Virus record (IMG/VR): IMGVR_UViG_3300044707_000286
Location: 1 to 40,293 of that record
DNA from: a virus
Lineage: Duplodnaviria > Caudoviricetes
Reading direction: 5' to 3' (one strand)
Length of the DNA stretch: 40,293 nucleotides
Of the stretch, positions 16,701 to 25,655 are shown in pieces (position 1 is the stretch's first letter; each line of letters begins with the position of its first letter). A program made the position numbers and the translations under genes. Below the pieces are notes generated by a model. It saw only the letters and a program-made list of their open reading frames with translations. It was not told the DNA's origin and made no database searches.

Positions 16701-19700
16701 TCGCCCCCGGCGTGGACACAATGTTGTCTGCCATCTGCCCATCTGCGGTCATCAACCGAATGCCGCCGAGTTGATCTCGGTATCCTTCTCCAACCGCTTT
16801 TGCTTGTGCAAAATAAAGCCCCCATCCATAAGCCTGCGCTCCTTCGCCGGTTCCGATTTTGTCCAGGCTAAACTTGTCCACCTTGTGCGGCGTGCCGTGG
16901 AATGCGCCGATGCTGTAGTTTGCAGGGCCGGTGATCGTGGCGTTGCTGGCGCGAATGGAGGGAGTATCAGTCGAAACGGCGTTGGTTCGGGAGCCGATGG
17001 AGAAGTCCATGAGCATCTGCCCGCCATCGGTGATGATGTCACCGCTCGCCCGCTCCCGGGTGGTGTCCACCATCGTCTGCTGGTTGAGTCCCACGGATTC
17101 GGCGAGGAAGCCTTCAAAGTTGGAGTCGATCTTGCCTTCGGCGATTGCTCGCTTGAGGCGGTAGGCTCGGCGGAAGATGTCTTTCACCACAACGGCTATC
17201 CGGCGCAAGAACCCACGGAGTCCTCCGGGGATTTGCTCGTCACGGATTTTCCCGTTCATGTAAGCGACCGCGACATCGGAGAATGATTCGATGACATCGG
17301 TGTCGGTCTCGGTGCGGAGCTTGCGCTCGGTTCGCTCGCTTTCGATGAGCGGGATGACTTGGTTGAGTTGCTCGCGCACCCAATCCATGGACACTCGCCC
17401 CTCGGCAAGCGCCCGCTTGAGGTTGTCCTGCGAGAAGTCTCGCATGACCTCAATGCCGGTCGCCCCATCTTGGATGCGGATGACTGACCGGTAGATGCCC
17501 TCTGCAAGCGCCCCTTGGTTGCTGGCGAGAACCGGGAACTGCGCGAGTTCGGAGGGTTCGTTGATGTCCATGCCGAATGCGCGGACGGTTTGGAAAAGGT
17601 TGTCGAGGTTTTGCTCCGTAGGGTTTGCCTCGTATTCATCGAGCAGGTTGCGCGGAGCGTCATCGAGAACCAGTTTTTGAATGTCCTCGCCACGGGAAAT
17701 CGCTTGGTTGACTCGGTCTATGAATTGCAAGGACTCCACGATGCCGGTGGTCGCCCCGGTGATCCGAGTGCGAAGCATTTCCCGGTGAGCGGTCATGGCG
17801 GACTGCTCGTCCTCGCTGCGGTAAGCAACCGTGCCTTTCTCGTCGCGCACAACAAAGACCGGCTTGCCGTTTTCTCCTTGCTCGCGAGTCATGGTTGGCA
17901 GGGTTGGGTCTTCCTGCATGGACTTGGCCTCATCAATCTTTGTCTCCATGTAGGAGATGCCCGCCTTGATGTTGTCGGGAGTGAGTTTTTTGTATTCGGC
18001 TTGCAATGCCGCCTGCCGGTCCTGCGGAGTCTGGTTGTCCTCCACCCGCTTGATCGCGGCTTCGTCCATGCCGAATGTCCGGTAGAGATCGAGGCGCTCG
18101 TTGAAATCGTTGAACCGCTTCCCATCGGCCATGGTGGCAACGCCGGTTCCGATGAGGATGCCGGGGATCGTTGCGGCAAGGACATCGAGGCGGGAGGTTC
18201 CCCATTGCCCGAGCGTTTCCCGCCAATTCACATCCGGCACATCCGCGCCCAATGCATCAGCGACATCTTGCACGACCGGAGTGACCAAGTCCTGCGTTCC
18301 CTCCACGATGTTCTCGCCCACGACAGCAGTCCCAAATCGGATGCCTGCGCTGCCAGCACGACCGACTCGCGCCGGGTTGCCGATCTTGGACATCAGTTTT
18401 TCAAACGCCGGGAGCTTGCCGAAAATCATCTTGGCACCGACACGCTCTAGCCCGGATTGCAGGATCGCACTTGGCGCGGCAATCGCCCGGGCAGTTCCGG
18501 GATCGACTCCATCAAGGCGCAGTTTGTTGTATTCTTCGGAATAAATCGCCGCGCCTGTCATCCAAGGACCGACTCCGGGGACAAGCGCCATGCCGGTGTA
18601 AGCAAGCGCCTGCGGAGACCCGTATGCCATCGCCTCCATGAATCCGCCAAATCCTCCCTCATTGATTTTTTTGATCGGGTCGAATTGATTGTCGGCAATG
18701 TTGAAAAGCTCCCGGTAAACTTGCAGCCGGTCGAATTTCTTCTGCGCCTCGGCGGTCAGTTCGGTGCGTTCCTCGGGGGTGATTTCTTTGGCGTTGGATT
18801 GGTCGAACCCGGGGTAGACGGTCAGCTTGCCGGTGTCGGTATCTTTCCAGACCTTTGGTGCTTCCTTGAGAAGTTGCAGTTCTGAATAAGCGGCATCCTC
18901 CTGCATGACCATCGAGCCGGATCGGAACATATTGAGCGTCCGACTCCATGATTCTCCCCATTGTTCCAAAAATTCCTTGGGTTCCTGCCCAGCTTGCTTT
19001 GCTCCAAGAACCACGGCGGCATAGGCGCGGTCGCGAACCTCGGGCGGCATGGTTGCCAGCGTGTCGGCGAGGGCTTCGATCTCCTGCACGGATTTAGGAT
19101 TGTCCTCCCCGGCCCGCTTGGTGTCCCGCCCGGTTACCGCAGCGAGGTGGTCGTAAACTTGCTTGAGAGGTTCGGAGTAGTTCCGAAGCATCCCTTCGGT
19201 CTCGGTGGCGTAATCCGATGCGGCTTGGAGCAACCCGGATTCCCAGCCCGCTGGCAATTTTTTGAGTTTCTCGGCGTTGCGTTCTTTCCAGATGCTGACA
19301 AGTTTCGGCACCTCGACCGCCGTGCCTTGGCCAATGCTGTCAAATAATCCCAAGGCAATGTCCCCGGGGATTTCGTTGGCCGATTGCATCACCTCATTTC
19401 GGGACTGCACTCCCTGCTGGATGAGGCCAAAGGTTTCCTTTTCCGAGAGACCCTTTTTGCCAAACGCCTGTTGTGTCCAGATGTCGCGCTTGGCCGGGTA
19501 GATCATCCCTTGGTCTTCGACCGTCTCTCCAAGTTGGTTGGCAATGAATTGCCGATTGGCAATCTGGTAGCGTGATTCCTCGTCCAGATCGGAATATCCT
19601 TCGTCCGAAATGTAATTGTCGAAATCGGTGTAAACCCGGGTGAGGTGATCCCATTCTTGCTTGTTACGCTCGGCATCCTTGGCATCCGCCCATGCCTCCA

Positions 19701-19806
19701 GAGCTTTTAATTTTGTGCCGTCATCCTCGACTGAATTCGTGTTGAGTTCGTTGTAGTATTGGGATGCCGTCTCGTCATCGATCACGGCGGTGCGGAGTGT
19801 GGACAT
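10735..19806 (-). CDS. Giant internal virion / DNA ejection polyvalent protein (3023 aa)
   Basis: Occupies the position of T7 gp16. Contains two ADP-ribosyltransferase-like modules (FHGTPH..GLYFA..NYVVFD; YHGT..FFT..YPVYL..KNPLD..GYDG..QVKSATGNRGTFD) and an HhH-glycosylase-like module (WY..SPQ..KVRNF..TIDTH..Q...W), delimited by NYSI motifs. Confidence 0.85.
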   Translation of the reverse strand: MSTLRTAVIDDETASQYYNELNTNSVEDDGTKLKALEAWADAKDAERNKQEWDHLTRVYTDFDNYISDEGYSDLDEESRYQIANRQFIANQLGETVEDQGMIYPAKRDIWTQQAFGKKGLSEKETFGLIQQGVQSRNEVMQSANEIPGDIALGLFDSIGQGTAVEVPKLVSIWKERNAEKLKKLPAGWESGLLQAASDYATETEGMLRNYSEPLKQVYDHLAAVTGRDTKRAGEDNPKSVQEIEALADTLATMPPEVRDRAYAAVVLGAKQAGQEPKEFLEQWGESWSRTLNMFRSGSMVMQEDAAYSELQLLKEAPKVWKDTDTGKLTVYPGFDQSNAKEITPEERTELTAEAQKKFDRLQVYRELFNIADNQFDPIKKINEGGFGGFMEAMAYGSPQALAYTGMALVPGVGPWMTGAAIYSEEYNKLRLDGVDPGTARAIAAPSAILQSGLERVGAKMIFGKLPAFEKLMSKIGNPARVGRAGSAGIRFGTAVVGENIVEGTQDLVTPVVQDVADALGADVPDVNWRETLGQWGTSRLDVLAATIPGILIGTGVATMADGKRFNDFNERLDLYRTFGMDEAAIKRVEDNQTPQDRQAALQAEYKKLTPDNIKAGISYMETKIDEAKSMQEDPTLPTMTREQGENGKPVFVVRDEKGTVAYRSEDEQSAMTAHREMLRTRITGATTGIVESLQFIDRVNQAISRGEDIQKLVLDDAPRNLLDEYEANPTEQNLDNLFQTVRAFGMDINEPSELAQFPVLASNQGALAEGIYRSVIRIQDGATGIEVMRDFSQDNLKRALAEGRVSMDWVREQLNQVIPLIESERTERKLRTETDTDVIESFSDVAVAYMNGKIRDEQIPGGLRGFLRRIAVVVKDIFRRAYRLKRAIAEGKIDSNFEGFLAESVGLNQQTMVDTTRERASGDIITDGGQMLMDFSIGSRTNAVSTDTPSIRASNATITGPANYSIGAFHGTPHKVDKFSLDKIGTGEGAQAYGWGLYFAQAKAVGEGYRDQLGGIRLMTADGQMADNIVSTPGAKKILKEARAFWKQTKSLDGFVKQLEASKSQSKVWAAQGDNVESNSQYVKDVDEVLSVIKDATPTQTGNLYSVELDVEPEELLDWDKPIIEQSRLVFKRLRESEFTKALTGSYGDKTAGEFYTQLSNINGGQQQASQVLSEAGIPGIRYLDGGSRSDGEGTHNYVVFDENLIKITEENGNRIPASEALAQPVSTDTNYSIGTPQFKGWFGESKVVDSDGKPMVVYHGTQRADRVGDRFRKSRATSGPMAFFTNDPAIASSYSTNKRDTSAEMPSDYAEWFKYKGKGMRSPVAIDRAWWNLSPEERAAVNERIYTIGYSDWDAGEGPIVADSQSIMPRDSIDYELRQARGNGLRALVEMWLSSGSLFNQEERFLEVLQAAGVKGATLDDPNAARSAVYPVYLSIKNPLDTANIPGDVVSALEQAGKRKRAKQSAGGNPDAWDKNTISGNDWMAALKEDMAKGTTHAWTRIPDWVTETLSSLGYDGIKDTGGKNGGVQHEVWIPFNETQVKSATGNRGTFDPTSANINYSIGIARNAISQVSDKDDASRVGTAKLGTSKVPKNTPQDSNVSGDNVPDDLLAKQMEKMNYAHLPKNILSEKDPKKKRRKLINWFKKNLLALHDAFPEEFRARATHWYDGANRIAKGMGSQFQASVEQASGVIAVFSPQKDWFMNVAQAEQFMELWTNSQDVVLEESLVRAEIEGIIEAATVADKQKRKKVDGETKEQTAERREYNKALDKLEKEKRRKIVEQVIGKTIRQLDATPTLQGWGIRVLAQVTFGRNYRNLSPEGDRLGMATNDDGALAKNGWGSINEIEKAVRIMKDGSLKNISDNLGNEHKVRNFYNNIAAPNTPYGDATIDTHAVAAAHLMPYGAKATEVGHNFGSGMNGSEVLGISGVYHLYLDAYREAAADRGILPRQMQSITWEAIRLVYPAATKNAATLAKSQKTWKDLTDANARNTLVGGRIPSPVWAGANDNRESQALSSGLQEDGSRDVSGGGLLSGVRPTGAGRDGGVNYSIASQSEIDRVNRALGGMNRGPDERLKVYERARAKFQGVMERNREALESLNKDTAKFRRTQLLQGLGELDAILSVFPPDIRGRVGGYTKLANIAPMDVFKDGEKVSEVSGMNGALISAWMRQGMSIGQAGQQTELPPGYTTKENLATARADRALADFFKQRIGMIDREVEKSLRKEYDAAFKKLLDRTKPKKAAPGEKPKGIGADIQDLFTVVRSAVEMDAVSVAAHIAGLDAKIASGELTAEQEARAQVEAALVALVGDWRNADADRRKSALDEATRIWEGAYAAHAQKVIQLREQREVARLEAIQATGKAGQLAGRKSKAIADSGLKGSWKDYILNLLNFDQVAGILFGENSETANTLIDRQRAAENAKEDGQQAKMQALEDYFTNLAGGNLLAGEQLRYNLAQPSMEVQGIKLSELEGLSAVMMWEQEDGRRHMTGELDETGNPTGAWNYDQDFVDEIMANLSPEALQLRDWLLKQYADEYGNINAVYAELNGVNLPQIRNYSPVTVQPISAPTGQVLDPVSGSAMSGASTSPGALRTRGTAIAEPRFQDVLQTYIAHTLQMEHWKAFAPYIAEANAVLRNRDVQNSVEEKGGAEARKILNAWLDYFAQGGTRDAGAHLALNQGISNVLGRASQVALIGRASTLLVQSTQLGAAVAEMPVKAYLKRMGKLLTGQLGWDAALNSPYIQRRIAQMPPVVQMAMQGLKGAKPTAIQQAGKRLGNLLSGADGLFTAGTYAITYDYHLTKAQELGLTGAEAESYARNIAERVTDRIAQPTRPGARSLYENTSTNPLARAGWAFASEARKNLALVAYSFAERPLATRMRTLAYVVALNSIASSILRSIWRDILDDEDDELFDDKYWSPKRIALAVATEPLYGFPVLGSTAQNAIYAAFGEYKPTGSMFDVDRAINPVKRIPEYLSGDFEMRDVMRDIDMIVSAMGIAHPNIAAAASITHLAKDLFNLGDSAVDAVTED
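13668..13853 (-). CDS. Nested 61-aa acidic ORF in the +1 frame of the giant gene
   Basis: GGAAGGA lies 8 nt upstream of the ATG; the sequence is protein-like; the stop falls at the NYSI module boundary. Confidence 0.5.
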   Translation of the reverse strand: MPTPETLLSEEEFQAQYGLEPTTIENLKRSQAAYKKMGVEMSLEEVYFLEFDQPEQAETEE

Positions 19807-19809
19807 GAT

Positions 19810-21480
19810 TTAAGAAGGCATCTCCGGCAGCGGAGTTTCAAAATCGATCTTTTGGATTTCCTCCATGAGATTCCTTTTGGAGGTTTTTTCTTTGGACTTT
19901 TTAAGTTGCCGGACATCAGCCGGGGTCACCGGAGCGGGAGGTTCGACGGTCGGAGCCGGGGGTTCCCAAGGCCAACGCCAACGGGTTTTCTCATTCTGGT
20001 ATTTTTGCATTTTACGGTCGTAGGCAATCAACGCATTGAAATGCTCGTAGACCTTGTTTTGGTCGGCGGCATCCTTCGGGTTGTTTTTCGCCCATGCCTC
20101 CAGCGCGGTTTTCACGCCTGCAAATTTCTTCCCAGCCTCGATGTATTTATCGACTTCCTCTTGCGATGCAGGGAGTGCGCTTGTGCCTTTTTGAAATGTG
20201 CCGAATTGCCCTTGGTCAAACATTTGCTTGGCTTGCGCGACTGCTTCTTTGACCGGCGTGGTTTCCCCGGATTCGTTTGCCCGCTTGCGTAGGATCGACA
20301 AGGGTTCCTCCCGCTCGCCCTCGGGCAGTTGGAGGATCGTGTCGCGGATTTGCAAATACTCACGCCGGTCTGTGTCGCCTGCCGGGTCGTAGGCATCTGC
20401 CAACGCAAATGCCATCGGTCGCATTTTCAAACCTTGCTCAATCTGCGCCGGGGTCTTGGCAAAAATGCCGAGCAGGGATTGGATTTTATTTTCTGGCAAA
20501 ACATCCTTCGCGTGTTCGCGGACTTCCTCGGGGGTGGAAAGTTGGCCTTTAATAATCAAGTCCACCGTGTCGTCATCAAATTGATTGCGGTAGCGGGTCG
20601 CCTCGTTGCGTGATTTTTCAAAGAATCGCACGGCATCGGATTTTTCCATCCATGAGTATTTCGAGGACTTGCCGGTTTTTACTGCTTCCTGCGCTTCTTT
20701 TTCGGAACCGATGGGATCGAGGATGATGTCTTGCTCTACGACCGCCTCGCGCTGGACCTTGGCCTTTCGCTGCACATCGTCCAGTAGACGGGATTTCCAA
20801 AGAGTGGAATCCTCGGGGCTATGGATGCCTTTTTTGACCGACTCATCCATGACGGCAAATGCTCCCTCGTAGTCCTCGTTTGCGATTTTTGCCAAGGCAT
20901 TAGCCTCCATATCCGCCCGGAATCCTTTGATCTGCTCTTTCTTGGCGAGGTTGTCGATTTTGAGCGAAGAAAGGGTAGACCACCGCTCAAAATAGGGAGC
21001 GATCTTTTCAGAGGCATTGTTGCTGAATTTGATTTCGGCAAGCGCCCGTTTGGCTTGCTCTTGGTTTTGATTCCACAGGCTGCCCCACTCTTCGACCGGC
21101 TTGCCGAGTTGCTCGGTTTGCTGTTTTTGAAAAGCAGACTCCAAGATTGTTTCGACCCGGGAGATGTCCGCAGAGTCCTTGGCCTCGGCGAATTTCTCCC
21201 CCCACTTCATGGCGACATCGCCGATGCCGTCGATGGAGTCGGCGAATTTGCCCATGGCGCGGGCTTCCTGCGAGAAGGCGTCGAGTTCCAGAGTCTGCGT
21301 GAGCATCGACTGCGCGGCGTTCCGCGTGGATCGAGAATCCATCATCGCGGCTCCGCCAAGTTGGGCGACCTCGGGGTTGACTTGGTAGCGCGGAACCGAT
21401 GGCGCTCCGATCATGGCGGAGCTTGCGGCGGCTGCACGGGGTCCAGCGTTTGGGATGTCGGCGAGTCGGATGGCGGGCAT
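19810..21480 (-). CDS. Internal virion protein (gp15-position ejection protein)
   Basis: Synteny; helical, A/Q/K-rich composition. Confidence 0.65.
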   Translation of the reverse strand: MPAIRLADIPNAGPRAAAASSAMIGAPSVPRYQVNPEVAQLGGAAMMDSRSTRNAAQSMLTQTLELDAFSQEARAMGKFADSIDGIGDVAMKWGEKFAEAKDSADISRVETILESAFQKQQTEQLGKPVEEWGSLWNQNQEQAKRALAEIKFSNNASEKIAPYFERWSTLSSLKIDNLAKKEQIKGFRADMEANALAKIANEDYEGAFAVMDESVKKGIHSPEDSTLWKSRLLDDVQRKAKVQREAVVEQDIILDPIGSEKEAQEAVKTGKSSKYSWMEKSDAVRFFEKSRNEATRYRNQFDDDTVDLIIKGQLSTPEEVREHAKDVLPENKIQSLLGIFAKTPAQIEQGLKMRPMAFALADAYDPAGDTDRREYLQIRDTILQLPEGEREEPLSILRKRANESGETTPVKEAVAQAKQMFDQGQFGTFQKGTSALPASQEEVDKYIEAGKKFAGVKTALEAWAKNNPKDAADQNKVYEHFNALIAYDRKMQKYQNEKTRWRWPWEPPAPTVEPPAPVTPADVRQLKKSKEKTSKRNLMEEIQKIDFETPLPEMPS

Positions 21481-22448
21481 TATCTTGTAAGTCCTGCGGT
21501 ATTTTTTTCGTTTCCTCCACCCCCACCCCCCCCGCTTTTATACATGGAGTAGGTCATTCCGGTGTTGGCCATGCTACCGATGCCGCTGGCAAGCGCGGTG
21601 TAGCCACCCATCGCGGTCGCCCGGGCGGTGGCGTTGCCTGCCATTTGTTCAATCGCGGCTTGGCGCATATTGATTCGGTATCCGGCCCCGGCGGCTTTTT
21701 CGGCGAATTGGGCGTCATTGAATGCCATCCGGGCGGAGTTGAGGTTCATCTTCGATGCGAAGAGGTCTTGCGACAGGTTGAATCCGACTGCGGAATCGTT
21801 GAGCGTGGCTTGGTCGCGCATCATTTTTCCCTCCAGCGCGGTGATGCCCGCATTGAAATCGGTGACATCGGCCTCGTAACGGCGCTTGTTGGATTCCAGA
21901 TTGGCGAGGAGTCGGGTATCGGCGACCTGCATTTCGTAAAGGTTGGCGGTATCAGCCAAAACTGCAAGAGGCGATCCTTCGGTGGTCACTCCGCCCTTGG
22001 CGTATTGGGAACGCTGGAGACCGAGGATGCGGGCCTTCTCGGCGCGGATGCGGTCGGCTTGCTCGCGGGCTTGGCGGTCCTGCCCATCGGCTTGCTGGCG
22101 CATCTGGTCTGCGGTGTTGCGCTGGAGTTGCGCCTGCATATCGCTGAATTGCGACTGCTGGCGCATTTGCTCGTTTTGGTAGCGTGACGCCGAGGCGTTG
22201 AATTCCCCCTGCTGTGCCTGCGCCTGCGCGTTATACATCGCGAGTTGCGCGTTGTATTGTTCACTCTGCGCGGCCCGCTCCGATGCCATGCGCTGCCATG
22301 CGGCGTTCTGCTCGTTCTGGATGCGGTTGTATTCGGCGATGGCGGCTTGCGACTTGCTTTGCTCGCTGGCCGAATACAAGGCGATTCCGGTCGAGGCGGC
22401 TGTGGCAACCACAGAAGCTATCATTAATGGAACTGCTGCTTGCGGCAT
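21480..22448 (-). CDS. Internal virion protein (gp14-like)
   Basis: Hydrophobic N-terminus, A/Q-rich coiled coil, QRSQYAKGGV..EGSPL motif. Confidence 0.7.
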   Translation of the reverse strand: MPQAAVPLMIASVVATAASTGIALYSASEQSKSQAAIAEYNRIQNEQNAAWQRMASERAAQSEQYNAQLAMYNAQAQAQQGEFNASASRYQNEQMRQQSQFSDMQAQLQRNTADQMRQQADGQDRQAREQADRIRAEKARILGLQRSQYAKGGVTTEGSPLAVLADTANLYEMQVADTRLLANLESNKRRYEADVTDFNAGITALEGKMMRDQATLNDSAVGFNLSQDLFASKMNLNSARMAFNDAQFAEKAAGAGYRINMRQAAIEQMAGNATARATAMGGYTALASGIGSMANTGMTYSMYKSGGGGGGGNEKNTAGLTR

Positions 22449-22449
22449 T

Positions 22450-22860
22450 TTACTCTTCCTCCTTTGTCGAAACAAAAAGTTGCACTAAATCTTTTGTTGC
22501 CGCTTGGAACCCCTGCCGCTCCAACACGCGGGCGATGCCAGAATAGGTGAAGACGGCCATGGTATGGTAGCCAAGTTCGCGGGCCATTTTTTTGAGGCAA
22601 GCCACGCAATGCCGGAAAGCGAGCAGGGCGGTTTTCAAGGAAAGGCCCGGGGCGCTTGCGGCGTGGTCGATCATGCACATCCCACAGGAATTATCCATGT
22701 GCAGGAAGAGGGCGCTGACCGGTTGGCCGTCGATCTCGCAGACAACCCCACATTTGGGAAGCATGGCTTCTGGCAACCATGGTTTCCCATGCTTGGAAAC
22801 CCACTCCGAGAGCATCTCGTAGTCGGTCGGTTCGTAGTGGCGGATGTGAATGTCACTCAT
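22450..22860 (-). CDS. GNAT-fold protein (T7 gp13-position)
   Basis: IRHYEPTDYEML..W, ARELGY, LERQGF; located right after the nozzle gene. Confidence 0.6.
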   Translation of the reverse strand: MSDIHIRHYEPTDYEMLSEWVSKHGKPWLPEAMLPKCGVVCEIDGQPVSALFLHMDNSCGMCMIDHAASAPGLSLKTALLAFRHCVACLKKMARELGYHTMAVFTYSGIARVLERQGFQAATKDLVQLFVSTKEEE

Positions 22861-25612
22861 TGCCGTAAGCGTCCCACTTGGGAAGGATCGAGATGATGCA
22901 CATTGGGTAAGGTTCGGTCTGGCGGACATCGACATCGGCGTCGATGCCGAACGCTCCGCCGAGGATGATCTTTTGGTCGCCCGTGGTGGTCGTCGGGGCG
23001 AGAGCATACCATGTTCCATTATTTGTGCGAACTTCGCCGCCGCGACTCTTGAGGGTGCGCACGACGACTTGGTGGATGCGCTTCTTGCGCGACTGCGCGG
23101 TTCCATCCTCGAAATCGGCATCGAGCTTCATCGGGCGCAGCGTCGAGGTGTAGGGCAGGCCGAGGTAACCGGCAGAGGCGGATGGAATAGTTATCGATCC
23201 GCCGCTGACCGTGCGGATCGAGAAGCCCGAGTCCAGCATGACGGTAACGGTCTTGCCATTGAGGTGCGCGAGGCCGGAGACCGTGCGGCCTGCCGCCCCG
23301 GAGGCGAAGGCGACATGGCCGTCGAGGTAGCGGTAGTTCGCGGAAGATTGGTTGTCGAATTGGGTTCTCCACAAAAGCGGGAACCGCTCGATAGTGCGGT
23401 AATCCTGCCCGGAAACGGTGCGCTTCACGACCATCCAGACCTCGTCCTCTGTGCCGTTGCCGTAGATGGTGGCCACGGACTCGACATCGGCATTGTCGGC
23501 GATGGTGTGGCGGTGCCAGCCGACGACCTTCTGGTCGCGCTCGTAGGTCATGGCGATGAGGGTTCCGTCTCCTCGCACACACCAGAGGATCGCATCCGGT
23601 TGCTGCTGGTAGCCGATCTCGACAATCTCGCCATTGGTGATGTGTTCGGCCAATAAGGTGAGGTCTGGCGCGACCCATCCGTCTTTTCCGAATTCGTAAA
23701 CGAGTTCGCGCACCTTGCGTCCGTTGCGTTGCACGAAAAGCAGGACATCGTTGACGAGCGAGGCTCGCATATATTTCGAGCCGTAGGAGGACTGCTTGCG
23801 GGCCTCGACATTGGTTGCCGAAAGAGATTGTGCGGTGTCCGACGATCCGATTGTCCATTCGTCCCCGGTTGTTCCAACGAGCAATTTCGATTGCGAGTAA
23901 AGCCAATTGATGCGGTTGCCTTCCGAAGAAGCCAGCGTAAACGATACCGCATTGGACGCGGTTGACCCAATGGTGAAATTTTCAAAATTGTCAATTTCGC
24001 TCAACCATAGAGTCGTGGGCTGCTTGCTTGTCCCGCCGAATGCGAGGCGTTGTTCGTGGAGCGCCACGGCGCGGGGGTAGCCAGACACTCCAGAGAATGC
24101 CGGTTCTTTCCAATCAGTAGTCGGATTATTTTTAGCATTGGCTCCCAGCCATTCGACTACATTAGCTTGAGCAGAGAGGCCATCTGCCGCGACTGAAAAT
24201 ATGCTAACCACTCCGCCTGTTCTGTATTCAGAATTTGAAAGCACACATCTTGGCGATGTGTCTTTTGCGTAGGTAAAAAGTCCGTTGGACAAAGAAGAAA
24301 TTGTCAGCATCGGAGTGCTAACAATTCCCCCCACAATGGATACCGTGGTCACGCCCGGTGTGATTGCGGCATTTGTCAACGAGACCGCCCCGCCAGAGGT
24401 CGTGGTGATGTTGAAGGTGTTTCCAGAAACATTCGAGACCGAATAGGTTGTCGTGCCGTTCAATCCGGACCCGGATGGCAAAAGCGAAAAGACAACCTCT
24501 TGCCCGTTTTTGATTGGCGGGTTGTAGGAACTCACCCAAATTTTCAATCCGCAGCGTTCGGACTCGTTTCCGCTAGTAACGACATTGCGATCCGCGTTGC
24601 CATCGTATTCGCGAACGATTTCCATTTGCGAAAGGTTTTCAATAGTAATTGATTGCGGTGTATTTACCCAAGTGTTAGTTGTTTGAACGCTATACGAATG
24701 TGTATCAATTACCGATATTTTATATGGAATATCTGATATCCACGCCGATGGGCCACCGAAAATATGAATGAAATCATTCGTTGCGTAACCATGATTGTAG
24801 TGAGTTATTGTGATAGTTGTTCCAGAACGAGTTCCGGTAACTTCAATCGGGCCACCAACCCATGTCTTGTTGGGGATTCGCATGATGCGAACAACGGCAT
24901 CCCATTTCCCAAAAGTAGTAAAATCCCAAGCTCCAATTGTATCTAAAGAATTGCTGACTATTGAGTCATTGATAGTTAAATCTAAAGATGCAGAAAGTCT
25001 TTTGTATTTCAGTCCCCACTTGGTGCCGACATGGCCGGACTTAAAGATGGGACTAGACGCGGTGAGAGCGGTTGAACCTTCAGATTGTGAAGAACTAATT
25101 GTGGTAGACGAATTGTTCTGCTCCAACTGCGGAGGGAACTCCCAATCGACAACTTCAAAAGTCCAGTTGTTGTCGGCGATACGCGAGAGTTTGCGCGGCG
25201 GGTAGTTTTCATGCGCGAAATACATGATGTCGTTGATCTGGACATATTGAATTTCGCGCAAGTCGGCCCCCACATAAGGATGTGAGACTTCCAAAATGCC
25301 GCCCGAGGTATTTGTCTGGAGTTGACCGGTGGTTGGGTTCCAGAACCTCATGTAACCCACGCCCATTTCGATGATGAACCGCGTGGTGGTCGAGAAGTTG
25401 AATCCAATCAAACGGACTTCGCCCGCCGTGACAAACTTGGTCGCGCCGAGGAATTGCGTCCCCGGGCGGCGGATCACGCCACCGTAGGGGAGGATTTGGA
25501 AGTTCTCCAAAGTGCGGCAGGCGCTGCGGTATTTCTCCAAGCTCGTCCGGGCGTCGATGAAGGGACTCACTTCACCGGCGTTGAACGAGGGATAGAAATC
25601 AAATTTTGGCAT
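22853..25612 (-). CDS. Tail tubular protein B / nozzle (T7 gp12-like)
   Basis: SFNAGEVSP, N....YGGVIRRPGT, YP.AVALHEQRL.FGG, LFVQRNGRKVRE, GWHRH, GLPYTS. Confidence 0.9.
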   Translation of the reverse strand: MPKFDFYPSFNAGEVSPFIDARTSLEKYRSACRTLENFQILPYGGVIRRPGTQFLGATKFVTAGEVRLIGFNFSTTTRFIIEMGVGYMRFWNPTTGQLQTNTSGGILEVSHPYVGADLREIQYVQINDIMYFAHENYPPRKLSRIADNNWTFEVVDWEFPPQLEQNNSSTTISSSQSEGSTALTASSPIFKSGHVGTKWGLKYKRLSASLDLTINDSIVSNSLDTIGAWDFTTFGKWDAVVRIMRIPNKTWVGGPIEVTGTRSGTTITITHYNHGYATNDFIHIFGGPSAWISDIPYKISVIDTHSYSVQTTNTWVNTPQSITIENLSQMEIVREYDGNADRNVVTSGNESERCGLKIWVSSYNPPIKNGQEVVFSLLPSGSGLNGTTTYSVSNVSGNTFNITTTSGGAVSLTNAAITPGVTTVSIVGGIVSTPMLTISSLSNGLFTYAKDTSPRCVLSNSEYRTGGVVSIFSVAADGLSAQANVVEWLGANAKNNPTTDWKEPAFSGVSGYPRAVALHEQRLAFGGTSKQPTTLWLSEIDNFENFTIGSTASNAVSFTLASSEGNRINWLYSQSKLLVGTTGDEWTIGSSDTAQSLSATNVEARKQSSYGSKYMRASLVNDVLLFVQRNGRKVRELVYEFGKDGWVAPDLTLLAEHITNGEIVEIGYQQQPDAILWCVRGDGTLIAMTYERDQKVVGWHRHTIADNADVESVATIYGNGTEDEVWMVVKRTVSGQDYRTIERFPLLWRTQFDNQSSANYRYLDGHVAFASGAAGRTVSGLAHLNGKTVTVMLDSGFSIRTVSGGSITIPSASAGYLGLPYTSTLRPMKLDADFEDGTAQSRKKRIHQVVVRTLKSRGGEVRTNNGTWYALAPTTTTGDQKIILGGAFGIDADVDVRQTEPYPMCIISILPKWDAYGNE

Positions 25613-25655
25613 TATGTGGTCGAGATTGGATTTTTATTTCAAATATCTGCGCACA

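Noticed and set aside
21515-21535. Poly-C/G tracts (also 4620-4629) as phase-variation switches
   Set aside because: They encode Gly runs in intact frames, and a single sequence gives no evidence of length variation.
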